NCBI GenBank assembly: GCA_040767085.1 | Contig: JAXGPF010000004.1 | Coordinates: 160,001 to 224,000, forward strand | DNA length: 64,000 bases | Direction of reading: 5' to 3' | Source of the DNA: Kiritimatiellia bacterium | Lineage (GTDB): Bacteria; Verrucomicrobiota; Kiritimatiellia; JAAZAB01 | Part shown: piece after piece, positions 7,865 through 20,171 of the stretch | Layout of the letters: each line of letters opens with the position of its first letter | Position numbering within the stretch: the first letter of the stretch is position 1 | The notes under the pieces: generated by a model | The model's input: only the letters and a program-made list of their open reading frames with translations | Told to the model about the DNA's origin: nothing | Databases searched by the model: none | Position numbers and translations under genes: made by a program

Positions 7865-10144
7865 ATGTCAACGGTTTTTTGCAGGTTATTGCCAGCCGCC
7901 GCGGCAGCGGCCTGGCTGACAGCCTTCCGGGCCGGGGCGGGCGGCCTGGAAATAACTTATCCCGACCACGCGCTGGATTTGCCGGAAAGCGCCGAATTCG
8001 CCGGCTTGGAAACCGGCAAGCCGTGGGACATGTCAGAACTTTACGACATCACCTACCGTTACGGCTTTCATGAACCATTCACCCCGCCAGCGGGCGGGAT
8101 TTGGCGCGGCCGGGCCTACGATCAGGATTTGCCAGCCCATTTTCACCCCCTCTTCCGCGGCATCGTGTCCGATCCGGACTATCTACAGTATTTCACCCGA
8201 CATGCCCCCGGCACGCCTTACGGCCCTTTGAATCCGGTCAACGCCGATGCTTACAACCGCCTATCGTTCCGGCACGCGCTGAACGCCGGCGAACGTTCCT
8301 ATTGCCAGATCACCTGGCATCATACCCTGCTGGACGCTGAAAACAATTATCTGGCTTTCTACGACGGCGATTACGCGCGGGCCTCCGGCGCCAATCTGCC
8401 CGTGCCCGATCCCAGCGGTTTCCGGATTTATGACCTGGACCTGGCCGGCGCCGGTTTCGGCGACGATTGCCTGCCTTACTGGGACAAACCGGGGAGCGGC
8501 GGCGCCTGGACCGGGACGGTTTACGGATTTTATATTGTGCCGTCGCTGAATGCCCACCGCGGCATGCCATACGCCGTGGACTGGATTCGCCTGTATCGCT
8601 CCGATCCCGCCACCCGTATTCCCCTGGCCTGGACCGCCGGAACCCTGCATCCCCAGACGAACCTGGTCTCCCTGCAACTCTATGTGGCCACCAACAATTG
8701 CGGCGATCCCGGCGACCTTTTCCTGTCGGGCATCGCCAACGACGGCGCGCTGGAATTCCACGCCGGCGCACTGCCGCCGGGCGAATATTACCTTTACCTG
8801 AAGGCCGTGCTGGATACCGGCAGCGGTTTTAACGAGCTGGCCCGCAGCGCCTACTCGCCCCAGCTCCGGATCAACGCGCGCCCGACCTTCGTCTTCACAG
8901 CGCCGTCATTCACCAGCGGCGTGGAATACGCCGCCGCGGAACGCGGAAACCCGTGGGACATGAATGACACCGCGGATATTGACACCAGCCGCACGACCGG
9001 CATCGCCGGTACGGCGTTCAACCAGGGCAGCTTGTGCGCCGCCACCGCCAACGGCGATCCGCAAATAGCTTTAAGCCTGTTGCGCCCCGACGGCGCGGCG
9101 GCGCCCATTCCCACCGCCCGGTACCGCTACCTGACCTTCCGCATGCAGTTCGATCCGTCGGATTACCCGTCATCGGACTTTGACGATTTCCATGAGCGCG
9201 CCAACATCCTGGGCGGTGTGGCGCGCTGGCAATGGGTATACACGGACTTTGCAATGGACCAGTCATACACCAAGGATCTGATCCTGCATGAAGGCTGGAA
9301 CGATTACACGGTGGACTTGTGGGATCCCGCGTTGCTGGAAACCCGCAACGCGCCGCCAAGCGCCGGCTGGACCAACGTCCCGGCCGTCAACTATCTCATC
9401 TTCCACCCGCTGGAGCCTTCCGTGCCCATGCCGGTGCGCCTGGATTGGGTCAAACTGTGCGCGCCCAACGCGCCGGACAACCATTTTTATGAACTACGCT
9501 GGAACGCCGGCGACGCCGAAGGCGAGGCGCTGGACATCAACCTGCTTTACGGACGGGGCGCGGGCGACGGATTCGAGGGAACCGCAATCGTCCGGCTGAC
9601 AAACCAGACCCCCGGACCGGGCGCCTTTACCTGGTACACCGGCGCCGTGCCTGCCGGCGAATACACGCTCCGCGCCGTGGTTTCCGACGGCTGCAACACC
9701 TTGACGCGGGACGCGCCGGTCCCGCTGCAAATCGGCCCGCCCGCGCCGCGGCTCCCCGCACCCGTGCTCAAGGGCAACGGTTTGCGGAACAGCCTGGCTT
9801 TGTCCGCCGGCGAAACGCTGACGGTGACGGTGGAGTTGGACGCCGGGGACTATGCCGGGCTTGAAGCCGACTGGTGGGTAGCGGCCTGGGATGCCGGGCA
9901 AAATCTCTGGTATTACCTGGACGCCGCCATGCTCTGGACAACGTTCGACGGCAACTTCGCGGCCTGCCGGCCGGTTTACCAGGGACCGCTGTTCCATCTG
10001 CCGCCGACAGCGGCCTTGAGCGATTTCCCGCTGCCGCCCGGCAGTTATTATTTCTATTTCGCCGTGGACGAGCGGGATGACAGTTTGAACTATCCTGCCG
10101 GCCCGATTGTCTTTGATGACCTGAACATTACGGTTGCTAAATGA
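7865..10144 (+). CDS. Large secreted hypothetical protein with a duplicated module and a C-terminal beta-sandwich
   Basis: Signal peptide; GGAGGAGG RBS; repeated G[KN]PWDM...Y[NR][RY]L[ST]FR...DW[IV][RK]L modules. Confidence 0.8.
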   Translation: MSTVFCRLLPAAAAAAWLTAFRAGAGGLEITYPDHALDLPESAEFAGLETGKPWDMSELYDITYRYGFHEPFTPPAGGIWRGRAYDQDLPAHFHPLFRGIVSDPDYLQYFTRHAPGTPYGPLNPVNADAYNRLSFRHALNAGERSYCQITWHHTLLDAENNYLAFYDGDYARASGANLPVPDPSGFRIYDLDLAGAGFGDDCLPYWDKPGSGGAWTGTVYGFYIVPSLNAHRGMPYAVDWIRLYRSDPATRIPLAWTAGTLHPQTNLVSLQLYVATNNCGDPGDLFLSGIANDGALEFHAGALPPGEYYLYLKAVLDTGSGFNELARSAYSPQLRINARPTFVFTAPSFTSGVEYAAAERGNPWDMNDTADIDTSRTTGIAGTAFNQGSLCAATANGDPQIALSLLRPDGAAAPIPTARYRYLTFRMQFDPSDYPSSDFDDFHERANILGGVARWQWVYTDFAMDQSYTKDLILHEGWNDYTVDLWDPALLETRNAPPSAGWTNVPAVNYLIFHPLEPSVPMPVRLDWVKLCAPNAPDNHFYELRWNAGDAEGEALDINLLYGRGAGDGFEGTAIVRLTNQTPGPGAFTWYTGAVPAGEYTLRAVVSDGCNTLTRDAPVPLQIGPPAPRLPAPVLKGNGLRNSLALSAGETLTVTVELDAGDYAGLEADWWVAAWDAGQNLWYYLDAAMLWTTFDGNFAACRPVYQGPLFHLPPTAALSDFPLPPGSYYFYFAVDERDDSLNYPAGPIVFDDLNITVAK

Positions 10145-10938
10145 AACGCTTGATCGTGTTCTGCGGCTGGATGGCGCTGAAGCTCTGCCCCTGGTTAAAA
10201 CGTCTCCTGCCCGATCCATTCACCCGCGAACGCATTGCGCGGCGCTACTTGTCCGGGCAGGGCATCGAGATCGGCGCACTGCACAACCCCCTGCAAATCC
10301 CGCCCGGCGCCCGCGTCAAATACGTTGATCGCCTGCCCCTGGAAGAACTCCGCCGCCAATATCCTGATTTCCGCCCCGGCCAATTCGCCAGGGTGGATAT
10401 CATTGACGACGGCGAGACCCTGGCTTCTTTTCCCGACGGCGAACTGAACTTCGTCATCGCCAACCATTTTCTCGAGCACTGCCAGAATCCCATCGGCGCC
10501 CTGGCCAACATGCTGCGCGTGCTCCGTCCGGATGGGATACTTTTCCTCGCCGTGCCGGACAAGCGCCATTCCTTCGACAAGGACCGCCCGCTGACGGAAT
10601 TCGCACATATCGAGCGCGACTACATCGAAGGCCCGACATGGTCGCGCCGGCCGGCCGTCGAGGAATTCGTGCGCCTGGCGAACAAGATCACCGAGCCGGC
10701 GGCGGCGCGCCGCGAGGTGGAATCTTACCTGCGCGCCAACTATGCCATCCATTATCATGTCTGGACCGAATGGGAAATCCTGGAAATTCTGCTTTATTTG
10801 CATCGCCGCCTGAACCTGCCGCTGCGGTTTGAACTGGCCTGGCACCGCGGCTGGGAAACCGTGTTCATCCTGCGAAAATTATCCATGCCGCCCGGCGCTT
10901 CCCCTGCCGGCGGCTGCCCGCCGGACAATCCGCCATGA
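10141..10938 (+). CDS. Class I SAM-dependent methyltransferase domain protein
   Basis: GIEIGALHNP; FVIANHFLEH; LRVLRPDGILFLAVPD. Confidence 0.85.
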   Translation: MKRLIVFCGWMALKLCPWLKRLLPDPFTRERIARRYLSGQGIEIGALHNPLQIPPGARVKYVDRLPLEELRRQYPDFRPGQFARVDIIDDGETLASFPDGELNFVIANHFLEHCQNPIGALANMLRVLRPDGILFLAVPDKRHSFDKDRPLTEFAHIERDYIEGPTWSRRPAVEEFVRLANKITEPAAARREVESYLRANYAIHYHVWTEWEILEILLYLHRRLNLPLRFELAWHRGWETVFILRKLSMPPGASPAGGCPPDNPP

Positions 10939-11819
10939 AAAACAACGCCGCCTTGATTTCCGTCATCATTCCCGCCTACAACCACGAAAAATTCGTCGGC
11001 GCCGCCATTGCCAGCGTCCTGCGCCAGACCTATGACCGCCTGGAATTAATCATCGTGGACGACGGCTCCACGGATGGCACGCCGGACGTAATCGCCGGTT
11101 TCCACGACGCGCGCATCCGGGCCGTGCGCCAGTCCAACCAGGACGCTTACAACGCGCTGAACCGCGGCCTGGCCATGGCCCGCGGCGATATCTTCGCCAT
11201 TTTGAATTCCGATGATGTGTTTCCCGCCGAACGCCTGGAAGTCCTGCTGGACCGGCGCGCGCAGACCGGGGCGGCGTGCCTGTTTACCCATGTGCGGCCG
11301 GTGGACGCCGGGGGGCAGCCGTTGCCGGACAACCATCCCTGGCGCGCCTGGCACGAACGCAACCGCCGGTTCTATTTCGACTGCGGCGATCTTTACACTG
11401 CGTTTTTGAAGGGCAACCTGATGGTCGGCACGTCTAACCTTTTTCTGAACGCGGAGCTGGCCCGCGCCGTGGGCGAATTTGCGCCGCTGCATTACCTGCA
11501 CGATTACGATTACATTTTCCGCGTCATGCTGGCGGCGCCCGGCCGGGTGGATTATCTGCACGACCGCGAACTGCTGGATTACCGTCTGCACGGCGCCAAC
11601 ACCATCAGCCGCGGCGCCGTGGCCGCCCGCGAACAGGATTTGGCTTTGATCAGGCGCTACATGCTGGCCGGTCTCCCGGAAGCCGGCCGGCCGCGCGCGG
11701 CGGCCGGCGCCGAACGGCTGTTGGAACTGGAACGCGAACTGCAGACGGAACGCTACCGCCTGGCGCATCCCTGGCGGTGGCGGCTGGCGCAAATCCTGGC
11801 CGCCGCGGTTGGCAAATGA
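10935..11819 (+). CDS. Glycosyltransferase family 2
   Basis: ISVIIPAYN; IIVDDGSTD; ILNSDD; ATGA overlap with the upstream gene. Confidence 0.92.
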   Translation: MKNNAALISVIIPAYNHEKFVGAAIASVLRQTYDRLELIIVDDGSTDGTPDVIAGFHDARIRAVRQSNQDAYNALNRGLAMARGDIFAILNSDDVFPAERLEVLLDRRAQTGAACLFTHVRPVDAGGQPLPDNHPWRAWHERNRRFYFDCGDLYTAFLKGNLMVGTSNLFLNAELARAVGEFAPLHYLHDYDYIFRVMLAAPGRVDYLHDRELLDYRLHGANTISRGAVAAREQDLALIRRYMLAGLPEAGRPRAAAGAERLLELERELQTERYRLAHPWRWRLAQILAAAVGK

Positions 11820-11828
11820 CCTTGTTTT

Positions 11829-12692
11829 TCACTCCGGCTGCGTGCGCCAACGGCGATGCATCCAGGTCCATTGTTCGGGGTAAGCGCGGATGACATCCTC
11901 GATCACGCGGGTGTACGCCTGGGTGGCATCCCGGATGGTGTCCGGCTCGCAATCCGCCGGCGGCGGCAGCGGCGGGAAGATTTTCACGCGATGCCGGCCA
12001 TCGGGCTGGCGGATAATGAAAACAGGGATGACAGGCGCCTGGCTGCGGGCGCTTAAAAATGCCAGCCCGGGCGAAGTGCAGGCCGGGCGGCCGAAAAATT
12101 CCACAAAAATCCCGTGTTTGCGCTTCATGTTCTGGTCCAGCACAAACCCCAGCACTTCATTGTTCTTCAGCACCTGCCGGCAGGCGCGGTAGGAATTACG
12201 GGGGGGCAGGGTTTTGACGCCGAGCCGGTGCCGCGCCTGCTCCCAGTGTTGATTCAAGGCCGCCGGCTTGATGGTTTTAGTGATGACCGTCAAGGGCACG
12301 CCGAACAAAGGCGCCATGGTGCAGAGCAGTTCGAAGTTGCCGATGTGGGCGGTCAACACCAGGGCGCCCCGGCCCTGCGTCAGCACACGGGGCAGGCAGT
12401 TTTCGCCATCCATCTCGACCAATTCGCGCAGGCAGGCGCGGTCCACCGCGCCAAACCGCAGGACTTCCACCAGCAGCAGGCCGAAATTGCGGTACATGCC
12501 ATCGGTGATGGCCTGGATGGCGGCGGCGCCGCGGTCAGGGAAACAACGGGCGATCGTCCGCGTCACTTCCCGGCGGCGCAGTCGCAAAACCGATCCCAGC
12601 AGGCGCCCCAGGCGTTCCCCCCAGCGCATGGCCCGCGCGCGGGGCATGCGCGCAAATGTCGCTTCCAGCCGTTTAACCGTCCAGACAATCAT
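11829..12692 (-). CDS. Lipid A biosynthesis acyltransferase (LpxL/HtrB family)
   Basis: TAHIGNFE; FVLDQ; FFGRPA; YPEQWTWMHRRW. Confidence 0.9.
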   Translation of the reverse strand: MIVWTVKRLEATFARMPRARAMRWGERLGRLLGSVLRLRRREVTRTIARCFPDRGAAAIQAITDGMYRNFGLLLVEVLRFGAVDRACLRELVEMDGENCLPRVLTQGRGALVLTAHIGNFELLCTMAPLFGVPLTVITKTIKPAALNQHWEQARHRLGVKTLPPRNSYRACRQVLKNNEVLGFVLDQNMKRKHGIFVEFFGRPACTSPGLAFLSARSQAPVIPVFIIRQPDGRHRVKIFPPLPPPADCEPDTIRDATQAYTRVIEDVIRAYPEQWTWMHRRWRTQPE

Positions 12693-12839
12693 CCTAAATC
12701 CAGCATTTGAAATTCAAAAATTGACATAAGCAATTGAAAACACGGAAGATCTGATTTCTGTCACAAAAATCTTTTGGGTGTGGGAAAATTTTTTAATTTC
12801 AAACCGGAAAATGGTTGGCGATTTCGCCGCATCTGCTTT

Positions 12840-12955
12840 GTTGGCAAGGGTTCGGAGTATTACTAATACACCGTCACCCTTGCCGCCCACGCGCCGCGCG
12901 TGGCAAGCGTGCATCCTTGTCCCGCTTTAAAGCGGGACGCGGCAAACTTGCCAAC
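12840..12955. repeat. Multi-hairpin palindromic element (candidate structured RNA or REP-like unit)
   Basis: Terminal IR gttggcaag/cttgccaac; hairpin 12843-12884; hairpin ccacgcg/cgcgtgg; perfect palindrome gtcccgctttaaagcgggac at 12919-12938. Confidence 0.6.
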
Positions 12956-12969
12956 TGCCGGATTCAGGA

Positions 12970-15516
<2,547 letters not shown>

Positions 15517-15540
15517 GTCAACCGCCTTTCGCCAAATCTT

Positions 15541-16599
15541 TTATGAACGCAGCGCCAGCCGCTCCCGCACCAACTGCGCGCGCGCTAGGTCTCTTTTTTC
15601 CGAGCCGATATGCCGTCCGCCCAATTTCTGCAGGTGGCCGGGCTGAATCAGCAGGAACAATTCGTCCAACACGTTTTTCTTCCAGTTTACCACAAGGCCC
15701 ATGTCAATGCCAAGCCGCAAAGCGGAAAGCAAATCGAGAGTTTCCCGCGAATTGAGCAGAAAAGCGTGCGTCAGAATCCCCAGGGCCCGGCCAATATGAT
15801 CGCGCAGGTTGTTTTCGCGTTGCTGCAACAGGCGCGCGCGGGCGTTTTTTTCATGTTCGGCGATCTCTAAAACAATCTGTTCCAGGCGCCCGATGATATT
15901 TTCCTCCCGCTCGCCCAGGGTCGTCTGGTTGGAAATCTGGAACATGTTGCCCGAGGCGTCGGTGCCTTCGCCCCACAGGCCGCGCACCGCCAGGCCGATT
16001 TTATTGACGCCCTTGATGATGCTGTTGACCTCGTTCATCAACACCAGCCCCGGCAGGTGCAGCATGACGCTGGCGCGCATCCCGGTGCCGACGTTGGTGG
16101 GGCAGGCCGTCAAATAACCCAGGCGCGGCGAATAGGCGTAACGCACCCGCCGCTCGATGGCGGTGTCAATCAGGTCAATCCGGCCCCACAAGTCGCGCAG
16201 CATCAAGCCGGGCGAAATGGCCTGCAGCCGCAGGTGGTCTTCCTCGTTGACCATGATGGCGATGCTCTCATCGCGCTTTAACACCAGCCCGCTGCCCGGC
16301 GCCTTGGCGGCGGAAAGATCGCGGCTGATCAGGTGGCGCTCCACCAGCACGCCCCGGTCCACCCGGCTCAGGGTGGACATTTCCAGCACCATCGGCGCGG
16401 GATCGTCCACCACGGCGGGCAGCAGCGCGGACATCTCCTGCCACAACTGGACCGACATCACATCGGGCGCCCAGCCGGGGAAGGGGCGGTTCGCCACGTT
16501 GCGCGCCAGCCGCACGCGGCTGCTGACAATCACCTCGTTGTCGCTGCCAACCTGCAGCCAGGCGCCCGGCTGCTTTAATAAATCGTCAATGCTGGACAT
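15541..16599 (-). CDS. mcsB: Protein arginine kinase McsB
   Basis: SSRVRLARN; LVERHLIS; MVNEEDHLR; GYLTACPTNVGTG. True start is MSSIDD at 16599. Confidence 0.95.
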   Translation of the reverse strand: MSSIDDLLKQPGAWLQVGSDNEVIVSSRVRLARNVANRPFPGWAPDVMSVQLWQEMSALLPAVVDDPAPMVLEMSTLSRVDRGVLVERHLISRDLSAAKAPGSGLVLKRDESIAIMVNEEDHLRLQAISPGLMLRDLWGRIDLIDTAIERRVRYAYSPRLGYLTACPTNVGTGMRASVMLHLPGLVLMNEVNSIIKGVNKIGLAVRGLWGEGTDASGNMFQISNQTTLGEREENIIGRLEQIVLEIAEHEKNARARLLQQRENNLRDHIGRALGILTHAFLLNSRETLDLLSALRLGIDMGLVVNWKKNVLDELFLLIQPGHLQKLGGRHIGSEKRDLARAQLVRERLALRS

Positions 16600-16655
16600 G
16601 ATTGCAACGGCTTTCTCCGCGGCGCGGCGGCGCGCGCCCGGGGGCGGCTCCCGGT

Positions 16656-17168
16656 TCAAGCCTCGGCTTCCGGCGCCGGGCGCCGCCCGGCGTTTTCTAA
16701 ATCGCGGATACGGTCGCGGATGCGGGCAGCCGCCTCGTAATTTTCCGCCTGGACGGCCGCCTGCAATTCCTGGCGTAATTCCAGCAGGGAGGCGGCCGCC
16801 GGCGCCGCGCCGGGGCCGGCTCCGGCCGGCTGCTTGCCGATGTGCTGGGCGCCGCGGTGCATGGCATCCAGCAGCGGCTCCAACTCCGCGGCAAAAGCTT
16901 CGTAACAATGCTGGCAGCCCAGCCGGGAAGACTTGCGGAAATCCTCGAGGCGCATCCGGCAGTGCGGGCAGGCCTTGTCGGCCTGTTCCGCCTCATCCCG
17001 GGCGCCGCCCAGGCCGAGCAATACATCGGTGATCGAGATAGCGCCGTTGACGTCCAAACCATGCTCGGCGGCGCAACTCTCGCACAAATGCATTTTTTTC
17101 ACCGCGTTGTTCACCATCTGGGTCAGGTGCACCGTCGCCGGTTTCTGCCCGCAAGCTTCGCACATCAT
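16656..17168 (-). CDS. mcsA: McsB activator McsA
   Basis: Four CxxC motifs and a C-terminal UVR motif ENYEAAARIRD. Confidence 0.93.
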   Translation of the reverse strand: MMCEACGQKPATVHLTQMVNNAVKKMHLCESCAAEHGLDVNGAISITDVLLGLGGARDEAEQADKACPHCRMRLEDFRKSSRLGCQHCYEAFAAELEPLLDAMHRGAQHIGKQPAGAGPGAAPAAASLLELRQELQAAVQAENYEAAARIRDRIRDLENAGRRPAPEAEA

Positions 17169-17187
17169 GGAGCTGGTCCCTCCCCCT

Positions 17188-18057
17188 TCACGCAATCGGC
17201 GCGCCCTGGCCGGCGGCGAAGGCGTGGAATCGCGCCGTCAGCATGCGGGTCAACGGACCGGGCCGGCCGGCGCCGATTTTGCGGCGGTCCATTTCCACCA
17301 CGCTGATGATTTCGGCCGCCGTGCCGGTCAGGAACATCTCGTCGGCATTGTACAAGTCGTACCGCATCAGGGGCGTTTCGCGCACTTCCAGGCCGTTGTC
17401 GCGGGCCAGGCGCATGACGACATTGCGCGTCACCCCTTCCAGCGCGCCCTCGCTGACGGGCGGCGTCAGCAACTGCTGGCCCCGGATGACAAAAATGTTG
17501 TCGCCCGAGGCTTCGGCGACATAGCCCTTGGTATTCAGCATCACCACCTCCTCCACCCCGGCGTTGATGGCTTCGATCTTGGCCAGGATGTTGTTGAGGT
17601 AGTTCAAGCTCTTGATGTTGGGATTGATGGATTCCGTGTGATTGCGCAGCGTGCCGCAGGTCACCACCTTCAATCCCCGGGCATAGAGTTCCTTGGGGTA
17701 AAGCTGGATGCCGGCGGCGATGATGATCACCTGGGGCCGGCGGCAGTTATAAGGATTCAAGCCCAGCGTTCCCACGCCGCGCGTCACGACCAGGCGGATA
17801 TAGCCGTTGGCCGTACGGTTGGCCTTGCAGGTCTGCACCACGGCGCGCGCCATGGCGGCGCGGGTCATGGGAATTTTCATGGCGATGGCATGCGCGGAAC
17901 GATAAAGCCGGTCCACGTGTTCGTCCAGCATGAACACCCGGTTGTTGTAAGTGCGGATGCCCTCAAAGACGCCGTCGCCGTACAACAGGCCGTGATCGAA
18001 AACCGAGACCCGCGCCGCCGACTCCGGCACCAGTTTGCCGTTCATGTAGATTTTCAT
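17188..18057 (-). CDS. ilvE: Branched-chain amino acid aminotransferase
   Basis: FDHGLLYGDGVFEG; KSLNYLNN; EMFLTGTAAE. Confidence 0.95.
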   Translation of the reverse strand: MKIYMNGKLVPESAARVSVFDHGLLYGDGVFEGIRTYNNRVFMLDEHVDRLYRSAHAIAMKIPMTRAAMARAVVQTCKANRTANGYIRLVVTRGVGTLGLNPYNCRRPQVIIIAAGIQLYPKELYARGLKVVTCGTLRNHTESINPNIKSLNYLNNILAKIEAINAGVEEVVMLNTKGYVAEASGDNIFVIRGQQLLTPPVSEGALEGVTRNVVMRLARDNGLEVRETPLMRYDLYNADEMFLTGTAAEIISVVEMDRRKIGAGRPGPLTRMLTARFHAFAAGQGAPIA

Positions 18058-18106
18058 GCTGCCTCCCGATTGCGCCGGCCGCCCGCAGGGGCCGGCAGCT
18101 TTGCCG

Positions 18107-18850
18107 TTAATTATTATACAAACCATCCTGCGCCGGCCACAAGCGGCCGTCCCGCAATTCCAAAACGCGCTGGCAGCGCGACGCGACCTCGGCATTATGC
18201 GTCACCATGATCAGCGTCTGCTGCTCCCGGGCCACAAGCGCAAATAATCCATCCAGCACGTGCCGGCCGGTGACAGGATCAAGGTTCCCGGTCGGCTCGT
18301 CCGCCAGCACGATGGCCGGGCGGTTCATCAGGGCGCGCGCCAGGGCCACCCGCTGCTGTTCGCCGCCGGATAATTCCATCGGCAGGTGCGACAGGCGCTT
18401 TTCCAAACCCACCGCTTCCAGCAAGCCGCGCGCGCGGCGGGCGGCGGTTTCCGGCGCCAGACGCCCCGCCGCCAGGGGATTCATGGCCGGCAGGCAAACG
18501 TTCTCCAGCACATCCAATTCCGGCAGCAGATGGTAAAACTGAAAAACCAGTCCGATCCGGGCCGCCCGCAGCATATTGCGGCGGCGGGCGGACAGCCTGT
18601 ACAAATCCTCCCCTTGAAAGAAAACGCGCCCGCCCGTCGGCCGGTCCAACCCGCCCAGCACGTGCAGCAAGGTGCTTTTGCCGGCGCCGCTCGCCCCGAC
18701 TACCGCCACGCGTTCGCCGCGCCGCAGTTCCAGGTTGACGTCCTGCAGGACTTCGACCGAAGCATGCCCCAGCGCGTAGTTTTTGCGCAGGCGCTCCGCC
18801 GCCACCAGGATTTCCGGTGCTCCCGCCGTCTCTTCCATCCGTTTATTCAT
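18107..18850 (-). CDS. lolD: Lipoprotein-releasing ABC transporter ATP-binding protein
   Basis: [28 protein letters not shown]; adjacent to a LolC/E permease. Confidence 0.85.
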   Translation of the reverse strand: MNKRMEETAGAPEILVAAERLRKNYALGHASVEVLQDVNLELRRGERVAVVGASGAGKSTLLHVLGGLDRPTGGRVFFQGEDLYRLSARRRNMLRAARIGLVFQFYHLLPELDVLENVCLPAMNPLAAGRLAPETAARRARGLLEAVGLEKRLSHLPMELSGGEQQRVALARALMNRPAIVLADEPTGNLDPVTGRHVLDGLFALVAREQQTLIMVTHNAEVASRCQRVLELRDGRLWPAQDGLYNN

Positions 18851-20084
18851 ACCTTAAAGCGCGCGCGGGATCAAGCTTTGCCGCGCGCCAGGCGGGAATA
18901 AAACCCGCCAGCGTGCAGATCAGCAAGGATAACACCGCCACCATCCCGACATCCAGCAAAGTCACCCGGGCGGGGATTTCGCTCAGGTGATACAATTCCT
19001 TGGGGAACAATTCCATGCTCAGCAGGCTGGCCAGGCCGCGCATGATTGCGTTGCGGAAACGCAGCACCAGCATGCCCAGCCCGATGCCCAGGCCCGTGCC
19101 CAGCACGCCTTGAATCCAACCCTGCCAGAAAAAAACGGACATGATGGCGCCGGAGGAAAATCCCAGAGCCTTGAGCAGGCCGATTTCCTTGGTCTTCTGG
19201 ACCACTTCGACAATCAGGGTGTTGGTCAAGCCGAACGCCGCCACCAGCACGATGAAAATCAGCAGGAAAAACATCATGTGCTTTTCCACGCGCAAGGCGT
19301 CGAATAACTGGCGGTTCAGGTCCATCCAGGTGCGGCATTGCAGCCCCGGGAAATCCCGCTCCAGGCGCGCGGCGATGCGCGCGGCGACGGCGCCGGCCTG
19401 GTAGGGATCATGCGCCATGACCCGCAGGGCATGCACGCCCTCTTCCAGGCCGCACAGTTCCCTGGCCGCACCGAGCGGCGCCAGCACGAAGCCGACATCG
19501 TATTCCCACATGCCGATTTCAAAAATGCCCGCGACCGTGAGTTCCGCGGGCAGGGAAATCTCGTCCCGGCCGCTGGTGAAATGCTGGGGCGAGTACAGCA
19601 ACAGCCGGCTGCCGACCCGCAAACCCAGGCGCCGGGCCAGTTCCAGGCCGATGATGGCGTCTTCCGGCCCCATGGCAAAGGCGCCGGAAACCATGTGCCG
19701 GGGCAGCAGGCTGACCTGCTTTTCGCGCTCCACGTCAATCCCCCGCAGCAGCGGCGTATGCACGCGGCCGCCATGCTGGACAAACACCAGCCCCTGCACA
19801 TACGGGGCCACGCCCGCCACGCCGGGCACGCCGCGCACCGCCTCGGCCGCCGCCGCCGCATCCGCAATGGCGCCTTCGGCGCTCATCACGGTGACATGCG
19901 CGTCGAAGCCCAGGATTTTTTCGCGCCACATGTCGTCAAACCCGGCCATGACGGCGATCACAATCACCAGCACCGCCACGCCCAACACCACCCCGATCAT
20001 GGAAATGACCGAGATTACGGAAATGAATGTGCGCTTGGGCTTGAGATACTTCAGCGCCAGAAATAATGAAAATGGCAGGTACAT
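18843..20084 (-). CDS. LolC/E-family lipoprotein-releasing ABC permease
   Basis: [55 protein letters not shown]. Confidence 0.9.
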   Translation of the reverse strand: MYLPFSLFLALKYLKPKRTFISVISVISMIGVVLGVAVLVIVIAVMAGFDDMWREKILGFDAHVTVMSAEGAIADAAAAAEAVRGVPGVAGVAPYVQGLVFVQHGGRVHTPLLRGIDVEREKQVSLLPRHMVSGAFAMGPEDAIIGLELARRLGLRVGSRLLLYSPQHFTSGRDEISLPAELTVAGIFEIGMWEYDVGFVLAPLGAARELCGLEEGVHALRVMAHDPYQAGAVAARIAARLERDFPGLQCRTWMDLNRQLFDALRVEKHMMFFLLIFIVLVAAFGLTNTLIVEVVQKTKEIGLLKALGFSSGAIMSVFFWQGWIQGVLGTGLGIGLGMLVLRFRNAIMRGLASLLSMELFPKELYHLSEIPARVTLLDVGMVAVLSLLICTLAGFIPAWRAAKLDPARALRYE

Positions 20085-20171
20085 CGCGACACCGGTTCCG
20101 GGTTGCAGGCGGTTGATGGCGGGCGGACAGGATCCGGAGCCGGCCCGCGGCATGCGGCGGAACGCGCAATT

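Noticed and set aside
7542..8073. ORFs 7542-7871 (-) and 7576-8073 (+)
   Set aside because: They span the promoter/inverted-repeat region with no coding bias or motifs.
12939..12953. Sigma54 promoter (TGGCAAG...CCGC) on the minus strand
   Set aside because: The -12 element lacks TTGC, and the sequence is part of the palindromic element.
16600..16908. Long N-terminal extensions given by the ORF track for McsB (also IlvE, MraY, LemA, SDR, MraZ)
   Set aside because: They overlap upstream genes or promoters and are low-complexity; internal starts match the family N-termini.
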